Of a stretch of DNA of 42,104 nucleotides, positions 33,546 to 42,104 are shown piece after piece; within the stretch, counting starts at the first letter, position 1, and the number at the start of each line of letters is the position of its first letter. A program made the translations under genes and the position numbers. Under the pieces are notes generated by a model. That model did not search any database. It worked only from the letters and a program-made list of their open reading frames with translations, and was not told the origin of the DNA. Origin of the DNA: Toensbergia leucococca (lineage: Eukaryota); NCBI GenBank assembly GCA_022813965.1, contig JALDZS010000075.1:62001-104104 (forward strand). Reading direction: 5' to 3'.

Positions 33546-35084
33546 ATGTTTACAAACACTCTTTTCTTCGCTGCCATTCTAACGACATCCGTTATTAAGA
33601 CTGCCTTCGCCATACCTACTATTACTGCCGTAGGCTCAAAATTCTTCACGTCAGACGGAGACCAATTCTACATCAAAGGTGAAAAGCCTTGTATTCTTCA
33701 AGGAGCCGAAACACCATACTAATCCTACTGTTTAGGCGTGGCTTATCAACTGACTGATGACGATCCATTGATCGACACTACACAATGTCAGCTTGACGCA
33801 AAGCAGATGCAAGATCTTGGAGCGAACACTATCCGAGTCTACCATGTGGACCCTACTGGCGATCACAGTGGATGTATGAGTGCCTTCTCTGCTGCTGGAA
33901 TCTACCTTTTTGTAGATTTGGATACCTTTACAACCATGATCGAGCAGGTAATAATTTGGTTCAAACATGTCATGAGAAACTTATGCTGACCAAGCACTGT
34001 ATCAGGATGAGCCAGCATGGAACCAGACGCAACTCACTGCATATGAAAAGGTCTTGGACGAATTTCAGCAATATGACAATACAGCAGGAGTCTTTGTAGG
34101 AAATGAAGTTCTGACTTTCGGTAAGCTCCAGCAATGCATTGATCGAGGCGAAACACTTAATATGATCTTGCAGCAAATGAATCAGATACTGCACCATACG
34201 TAAAGGCCGCTGCGAGAGACGTGAAGGCTTACCGGAATTCGAAAAAATACCGCCCGATCCCTGTTGGCTATTCTGCTGGTATGTGATTGACAATTATATG
34301 GAGAAAGGAAAATGCTCATTATGTGGAAGCGGACATTCCCGATCTTCGACCAATGCTCCAAAACTATATGGCCTGTGGTGGCAATGCTTCTGAATCACTC
34401 GACTTTTTCTCCTTGAACGCCTACGAATGGTGTGGTGGTTCAAGCTATTCAGTGTCCGGCTACAATCAACTCGAGGCAAACGCTTCAGGTTACGACATTC
34501 CCATCTTCTTCTCGGAAACTGGTTGCAACAAACCTGAGCCACGAACATTTGACGATCAAGCATCAATTTTTGGGCCAGAAATGGACAATACGTGGTCAGG
34601 TGCAATTATCTACGAATGGATTCAAGAGTCCAACAACTACGGCCTAGTCAACTACGGGCCATCAGCAAACCCTTCGACTGTTGCTGCTTCAGCTACGAAT
34701 GTCCAAGACGGGTACACAAGATCAGGCACTCCAACCCCCGTATCTCCTGATTATAGTAATCTCAAGAGTCAATGGGCCACTTTGACTCCGGCAGGTGTCA
34801 AACTATCCGCCTATTCTGCATCAGCTACGAGCCTTTCGCCTGTTGCATGTCCATCGTCAACGTCGGGCGGATGGGAAGTTAATGGCAACGCTGCACTCCC
34901 AACGCTAGGCCAGACGCTTAATCGTGCAGCAGCCTCGTCCAGCGCTACGAGAACAACCAGCGCAACTGCCTCGGCAGCATCAGCCACGACTACAAAGAAG
35001 GGTACTGCAAGTGGAGGCAGGGAGATTGCAGGTATGAGCGTCGGGCTCGCTGGTGTATTGCTCGGTTTTATTGTGTGGCTATAG
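33546..35084 (+). CDS. GH72 beta-1,3-glucanosyltransferase (Gas/Gel family), GPI-anchored, lacking the X8/CBM43 domain; 5 exons
   Basis: Signal peptide; FYIKG-VAYQ, GANTIRVY, FVGNEV and FFSETGC catalytic Glu motifs, WSGAIIYEW; Ser/Thr tract and hydrophobic C-terminus. Introns 33679-33735, 33948-34005, 34121-34173, 34279-34329. Confidence 0.95.
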
Positions 35085-36779
35085 ATGTAAGTTTGGTCTG
35101 GGGAGGACTAACACAATAGAAACCATAAGGGAAATTTGCGTCTGCGGCCTTGAAGTATTTTAATGTGCATAGAGTGGATCTTTTCGTTTCATTGTTCGTA
35201 ACATAGCACAGCATAGCACGGGTATCATTGATCTCAGTGACCAAGACTTGTTTCCTTGTCTCACTTGAAAGCTGTATATAGCAATGAGTTCATTTCTATC
35301 AAGTACTTATGAAGCCTGCTTTCACCAAAAAGCCTTCATTCATTCCTTCCTGCGGTCACGGGAAAGAAGATATGATCGGTGCTGCTAGACTTACCTATGT
35401 CACACTGGTCCGACGATGAAGGGATTGGATGTTGCCATCTTGAAGCTGATTGAGGCTTCGTCCTGTGCATCCTCAAGTCGGTCTCTGGTTGGTGTCCTAC
35501 TGATTTGACCTCAAGGTAATTTGACTTTTGTGGCTTACGCACCGTGACTGATGTCTCTGAAGCAACGGCGTGGAACTCAGACAACTTCTATCGCTCTTTC
35601 GTTGTTCCTCAAAATAGTCTTTGAGCGTGTTCTTATTGCACTACCTTCACCGCACACTTTCGCGTCAATATATGCGCAGAACAGCATGTTAAGCTAGAAG
35701 ATGAAACTGATGAGGAATTTGATTCTGACTGGGAATTACGACAACTTAATGACTTAGGTGGCAAGGTTCACGAAGCAGTTTTTAAGGAATGTGTATGTGA
35801 TGAATGATGCAGTGGAATGATAGAGGTTTTACGGAAATCATTGTTATCTGACTACCTAGGTACCTACATGTATTAGCTGGTGGCTCGCTCATCAACCAAG
35901 GTAGCGGATGTTCCACTCATTGATGCTAAAGGTTATTGATTGAATGGAATCCCTGGTGCTCATCCCATGTCCTGGCATCCAGGGAGAGGGGGTTCGTCAG
36001 GCCGATCTCGGCTAAGAACCCCTAAACGAACCCCCCGCCAGGTCCTTCACAGCATAGGCAACTGATAGAGCACTCAATGCTTCAATCCGCAAGGCATCCG
36101 TACGAGCATCAGGAATTTCATTGAACAAGAATCTTCAGCAGCATTAATGCGTGGAACATCTGCTTCCCTTTTTGATCTTACTGAATCAACGAGCGAATCC
36201 CCAGCAAATAGTCAGATAACAAGTGTTCCTGTACAGCCAGTCTGTATGCCTGCTGCTCTAGTCATTCGTACACCAACCATCTTCAATACTGTTAAGTATC
36301 TGCAAGCTTTGATAGATACAGGAAGGCAAAATGTCTGGCAAGCTTGGTCCCAGCTCCCAGATGCAGAATCAAGCCCTAAATGACCAACACTTTGGTACCC
36401 GACCTCGCGACGTCCTCAATCACATCAACTACTTCCAAATATCGGGAAATGGTACTTTCGCTACTACAACCTCCGCACGTAACCTTCAACTTCCAAAGCT
36501 GTCAGGGTATGACGATAATCGCTCAATCATAAGTGGCTGCGTAGGATGTTGCCTTTCTAGACTGGTCAGCAGAGAGCAGTAATCCACAAAACGAGGGCGA
36601 GTGCTAAGAGCTAAAGATTACATACTTGTCAGATTTTTCAAAATATCAGAATTCCCAACAAGCTTGATAGGTAAGGCCTTGGAAGATGGTGGTGACAGGT
36701 ATGAAGTTGACGAACATCAGGATTTGTCAACCAACGACCTCAAACAGTAGAATCTGTACGATCCTGACTTAAAAACGCC

Positions 36780-38682
36780 ATGGCTTCATACGATGCCTTT
36801 GATGGGATCACAGATCCGACGCGAGCCCGGCCAAATATTACCCTCCTGCGTCTAATGCGAGCACGACGAAGTAGAACACCAATACTGATCTCCATATTCG
36901 CTGTCTTCTTCTTTTTTGTACTGTGGAACAAGTCTTCTGAAGTGCGTCTTCTATATATGCTTCTTCCTACTCTACAAAGCTGATTCCATATGCGAGTAGA
37001 GCAAAACACATGTGGCATTCTCTAGCTATCGTCTACCATCATCTTTTACTTTACCATTTTCCTCCGAACTCACAGATGACACCGATTCTCCTCTTGGTGT
37101 CTCAGGTTTGGGGTCCACAGTCAATAGCACTACGTCCAAGAAGAAGCCATCATTTCATCTCCTTATTCCAGCCTCAGAACCCAATCCAGATCTCTGCAAG
37201 ACTCTCCTCTCTTCGTTTCTTCTTGACTATCCTCCTCCTACACTCATTAACTTTGGCAAGGTGTTCAGCGGAGAAGGAGAGAATGGAAGTCACGCCGGCA
37301 AGATCCGAGGAGTATACGAGTACCTTAAAGACCAGAAGCAGGTCAGTGACGATGATCTAGTCTTGATTACGGATGGCTACGATGCATGGTTTCAACTTCC
37401 TCCTGAAGTCATGATTAGGAGATACCACATCCTGATCCGAGAAGTTAATGAGCGGCTCCAAAGGAAATATGGCATGATTACACATGAGCCTCGGGAGCAT
37501 GGTAGCACAGCAACTGTCCAAAAATATGTTCAGAATATTGTTTTTGGTGCCGACAAGCTTTGCTGGCCAAACGCAGCAGAGGATGCGGCTTGCGCAGCTG
37601 TGCCACCGTCAACAATAGCCACGAATGTCTATGGAGCAGGAACCGACCAGGATCCTGAGGGTTTCCAGAATCGTCCAAGATATCTCAATTCCGGAACCAT
37701 CATTGGCCCTGTAGCTGATATCAGAGTGATGTACGAGTGGGCATTCAAGAAAGCTGAAGCGCAGCACCGAAGTGGTCTGGGAGACCAATTTGTCTTTGCT
37801 GAAATCTTTGGCGAACAGGAATTTCAACGCGAAGCGATGAGACGATCTTCTCAAGGTGCTGGTGGTCGATGGCTAGACTGGCTCGCTGAGTCTCTTGGAA
37901 ACTCGGTGTCTCCCTTCTCGGCAAATAAGACTATCAACAGCTTGAGCTCGACACCTGGACAACGTTACGAATTTGGGATTGGGCTCGACTATGAATCTAG
38001 GCTGTTCCAGACAATGACACATTCTACTTCGGATATCGAGTTTCTCTATTACAATGACAGCAGGCTCCTAAGTCACATTCAAGAAACACACCGACCTTCA
38101 AACTTGCACCCACTTTTGTTGACGGCTGATATCGCTCGTGTGAAGAGCCCGATGTCTATATCTGGCAACAAAAGTGAAGACTTTACCGGGGGCTTTCTCT
38201 TTCCACTTTCGTACACCCTCGATATGCTCCCAGACAAATTGACATGGGAAGAGGTCCCCTTAGCCACAAACCTATTTGCTCCATCCATACCCCCATTGCT
38301 TCATTTCAATGGCGACAAATCTCTTCTCTCAACTTGGTGGCCATCAATGTGGTTTTATCCATACTCTCGTGCTCTCTTACGTCGTTATATACGGTCAACG
38401 CAAGGACCAGCAGCGGCGCAAGCGGCAGACACTGGTGGGCAAGATTGGTGGGACATGAGAGGAGGCAAAGGAGGTGTTTGGACGGACAAAGAAACATGGA
38501 TGGACTGGGGAGATATTTGCAATAACACAGAAGCGATTATTTTTGCAGATGGTAAGGGGACATGGGCGAAGGAGGAGGGCACTGGCGAGGTAGTGAACAA
38601 ATGGGGGAAAGTAATTGTGGAGAAGAATACAGGCAAGGAGGAACCCATTGAGGTGGAAGCCGAAAACGAGGAGCAGAAGTAA
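36780..38682 (+). CDS. Type II membrane glycosyltransferase, PLOD/LH3 GT-domain-like, 2 exons
   Basis: Exon 1 carries a single TM helix (ILISIFAVFFFFVLW); phase-0 intron 36942-36999; motifs VLITDGYDAWFQ (DxxD), IVFGADKLCWP, RYLNSGTIIG, DQFVFAEIF, LDYESRLFQ, LLHFNG. Confidence 0.8.
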
Positions 38683-39270
38683 CATTGTCATCGAGTTTGC
38701 CGTAATCGTAATAGGTTGGCTTGTCACTTCCAGTATCTTTTCTTTTAGAATAGCTTGACGAGGCTCGCAATGACAGTTATTGGAAGCAACAATGATGATT
38801 TATGCTGAAAGTTCATCCGATGGAGTTTAATTCCTATTCTATGGTCCTTGTTTGCCGGGAGTGCCGGGTTCCCTTCTATCCATTTAGTAAGCAGCAAATA
38901 TTGCGTGCTTTGCCACCCGCCGCTTCTTGATCTGATTCGTACCTCTTACCTCCTCGGCCTCTGCGGGTGCTAGAGAGGTGTGATCAATGATTAATAAATC
39001 ATGCATCGAATGACGTTGAAATGAGATTACAAACCTCATGAGGATTGAATTATGGAGAGAGAGATATATATATATATTGCTAAAGCTACCTGCCATCTAG
39101 GAAATTGATAAGAATCATCAGTACCATCCAAAGACACTACGAGCCTTTGCAACCAAGAACTCTCATCTCATTACTATCATTGTCCTCTCATCACCTCCTC
39201 GCCGCGACCACTTATCACACTTGCTGCAGTAGTGTTGCATCCTGCACTCTATCCTGTACCTCGAGCAACC

Positions 39271-40173
39271 ATGTCCACCACTGCCACACAAACAGCTCCA
39301 TCCCAAACCCTCTCCGCCATCTTCCACAGGACGGATGCTGCCAACGAAGTCAAAAACGATGCCTCGTACATCCCGCGTGGGCCTGTCACTGCAGACCTAA
39401 AGTTCTACGCCCCGCCCGCAGATGGGTCAAAGCCCTTCAATTACGTCGAAGCGCCCCCAGCTGGCCAACCGCAGCGAAACTTCGGAGATAAGGATGTACC
39501 CGTCACCTTATGCGACATTCGCGGGCAAGAATCCTCCTTCTCAATCAACACCAACGCCTTTCAAGCTCTCTCCAACATCTCCTCCAACGAGCATTCATTC
39601 AGCAACGATGCCGCCATCAAACAGACTTATTACCCCGAAGTCGAGAAGTTGATACTCGAGCACGTGCCGGGCGCTACGAGAGTGTTGCTGTTCGACCACA
39701 CCATTCGGCGTGCCGACCCTGGCGCTTCTCGTGCACCTGTCACGCGCGTGCACATCGATCAGACACCCGCAGCCGCGGAAGCTCGTGTTCGCAACCACCT
39801 CCCCGATGAAGAAGCCGAGCAGCTTTTGAAAGGTCGCTATCGGATCATCAATGTTTGGCGGCCGCTCAATGGGCCAGTACAGTCCTTCCCGCTTGGTTTC
39901 GCCGACTCTACCACTGTTGGCGATGACTCGTTGGTAGGGATTGAGCACAGATACCCAGACCGCACTGGAGAGACGGCAGCGGTGAAACACACAAAGGAGC
40001 AGCGGTGGTATTACTGGAGTGGAATGCAGGATAGCGAGAGGTTACTGTTGGAATGTTTTGACAGTAAGAACTTGGGTGCTAGAGTCCCGCATACAGCTTT
40101 TGTAGATCCAAGAACGCCAGACGGGGCCAAGCCTAGAGAAAGCATCGAGGTCAGAGCATTAGTATTTGGATAA
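39271..40173 (+). CDS. AsaB/CmcJ/NvfI-family oxidoreductase (putative Fe/2-oxoglutarate-dependent hydroxylase/desaturase)
   Basis: DIRG, YYPEVE, FDHTIRR, VHIDQT (HxD), IINVWRPL, WYYWSGM, PHTAF, PRESIEVRALVF; ATG at 39271. Confidence 0.88.
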   Translation: MSTTATQTAPSQTLSAIFHRTDAANEVKNDASYIPRGPVTADLKFYAPPADGSKPFNYVEAPPAGQPQRNFGDKDVPVTLCDIRGQESSFSINTNAFQALSNISSNEHSFSNDAAIKQTYYPEVEKLILEHVPGATRVLLFDHTIRRADPGASRAPVTRVHIDQTPAAAEARVRNHLPDEEAEQLLKGRYRIINVWRPLNGPVQSFPLGFADSTTVGDDSLVGIEHRYPDRTGETAAVKHTKEQRWYYWSGMQDSERLLLECFDSKNLGARVPHTAFVDPRTPDGAKPRESIEVRALVFG

Positions 40174-40420
40174 GCGTCATGTTTAAATAATCTGGGTTTG
40201 CATCTAGGGGCAAAGGAGCTGGTGTTGGGGAATATTTGGTCAACAATGTATAGTTTTCACGACGACTGCTGTGTATCACAGTTTTTATGATGTTTTTACT
40301 ATGCTCATGCTTTCTGTATCAATTACTTTGAAAAAAATCAAAGTTAGCATGTCCACGTCCAGATCATCGACTCGCTGAGATTCAGATAGCCCCCGAAATT
40401 ACGACCGAGCAATCCCCGCG

Positions 40421-40535
40421 TCAACAGCTTTCAGGTTCCACAGCTTCAGATTCAACTGTGCTCCAGATTCCACCGCTCCAGCCGCCATACTCCCAGCCTC
40501 CACAACCCCAGGCTTCACAAGCTCGCTCCCCCAAA
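40421..40535 (-). pseudogene. Frameshifted relic of the repeat-bearing 3' exon of the 10753-13496 gene
   Basis: 40493-40526 matches 11024-11057 at 33/34 nt; translation DVWGSELVKPGVVEAG..GAVESGA/(fs)VESEAVEPE/(fs)AVDAG vs source DLGGELVKPGVVEAGAVESGAVEPG..AVDAW. Confidence 0.7.
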
Positions 40536-41063
40536 CGTCGGCGGATGTTGGTCATCGTTCGATACTGGAAGCGATTGCTTGCTATGGGATGATGAAGTAC
40601 GGTCGACACTGGCGCCCCGATGGAGGAGTATAGAATGACAGGTGGACCATCGTCCAGCGAAGCATCCGGATCCGAGTCATCGTCATCGGGAGTTCCTGAT
40701 GACAATTTTGCCATGTTTCATCGCCCGCTGGCTGTTTAGCTACAGAAAACTTTGCATTTCCATCTATGCTTCCTGACGTTGAATACGTATTGTTTTTGAA
40801 AGCGTTGGTCTCCTTAGATTTCCAAAGGACGACTGGAACCATATGAAGGCTGGCTCCGGCTCGAGGCTGAGAGTCCCTCTTGAGGCTACCTTCTTCTTAG
40901 AACAGTCTATTATAACTGGTAGAGTACTATAGAGTATAGAGAGGCACATAAGGATGTATCAGGCTGTCATGGTTGATGGTATTGATGAGGTTAATGGATG
41001 TGTGAATTGTCAAAAATAGTAGTGTTCTAAATCGGGTCGGGGCCCGCCAACTCTAGTTCGTAC

Positions 41064-42104
41064 CTATTCGATGGATTTGCCAAGTGCGGGTGAATACGAG
41101 TAAGTCTTGAAGATCTTTTCCATATACATCCGCGCATCATCGACCTAGGTAGAATTTGAGTGTCGCCCTCTTCATTTGAAAGTGTTGAACTTACTCGCCA
41201 CGGACTTGCACTTTCCATACCCTTCAGTCTCTCTGTGATAATCTTTTTGTGCCTTTGATCCTGAGCAATGCCTCCAGCAGCAAGCAATGGAATTAGTAGA
41301 CAAGCATCCGCAGATCCTCCCGGGCGTACTTTATATAACGTATTTACAATTTCTTGGACGGCAATTTGAATTTCCGCCATTGAGCCCGCCGCTGAGCCTG
41401 GTCCACCTGGGCCGTTGAGATTGAGATAAATCAAGCCTGCCCAGTGGAAAGCCGTGTTCGTCGAATCCACTTCCAGTAACCCCAAGCCATCGTTTGCTAT
41501 ATTTGAGCAAGCTCTGAAGGGGTGCATACGCGCTTCCTGGAGGTCAACCCTTAATTTCTTTATGGCTAAGCTGTTGTGGGTGAGAATTCGATGTTGTTGG
41601 TGGAATAGCTGGGCCATCTTAGCCATAATGTTAAGGTGGCGATGTGTCACGCCAAAGATGCAATCAATCTGAAAGTCATCGTCGGAGTTGTCATTGGACC
41701 AGTAACCATCTGGAAACAAGGGTATACTAGTCAGGCCGTTAAACATATCAAGGCGAGCGAGCCAGCGCATAAGGAAGCAGCTGACTTTGTCTTTGCGACT
41801 AAAAGATGAAGCTCCGCCTCGGGCTAAAATCATCTGACGGGCACCGTTGAGATGTTTCTGCCAATTATTCAAACTTCGGTCTGGATCTTGGGTCTTGAAC
41901 TCTATCATAGCTAGCATGATGACTGTAACTATATTGGCGTTCGAAATTTGAGCGCTTGACAATTCATGATTAAGAGCCTGCAGTACATCCCGCAACCAGA
42001 TAGCTATACGATTGGTCGGCTCACGATGGTTGAGCAGGCTGGCACGATGCCTCGCAGAATAGGCAAGTAATGAATGTAGAAGATTTGTATCCTGTAGAGC
42101 CACT
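41064..42104 (-). CDS. C-terminal part of a fungal-specific transcription factor (Fungal_trans_2-type domain, usually with an N-terminal Zn2Cys6 cluster outside the window)
   Basis: MALQDTNLLHSLLAYSARH, MLAMIE, WQKHLNGARQMILARGG, FLMRWLARLDM, IDCIFG, LLIPLLAAG; likely last intron 41194-41145 giving terminal VDDARMYMEKIF..IE*. Confidence 0.82.

Overview
Eukaryotic DNA from a filamentous ascomycete (short GT-AG introns with CTAAC/CTGAC-type branch sites; the gene set suggests Pezizomycotina, possibly a lichen-forming Lecanoromycete, which is inference only). I can support about 17 protein-coding genes, most reassembled across introns that the ORF track splits: a partial Lys-rich ORF, Pol III subunit RPC17, a Cys-rich secreted protein, an APC amino-acid/choline permease, an RWD + PARP-type ADP-ribosyltransferase, an ~890-aa unknown protein, SDS3, GPI15/PIG-H, HUB1 with an RS/RD-rich extension, a LURP1/tubby-C-like protein, a PARP-UBC(E2) fusion, a COG7-like protein, an AT-hook protein, a GH72 Gas/Gel glucanosyltransferase, a PLOD-type glycosyltransferase, an AsaB/CmcJ-family oxidoreductase and a partial fungal transcription factor. 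There is also a 741-bp foldback/MITE-like element, an aldose 1-epimerase pseudogene and other decayed gene relics. Most notable: two different ADP-ribosyltransferases, each fused to an E2-fold module, within ~13 kb; the nested-repeat foldback element; a G-left/C-right strand skew centred on intergenic regions regardless of gene orientation; and a decayed copy of a repeat exon 29 kb from its source.
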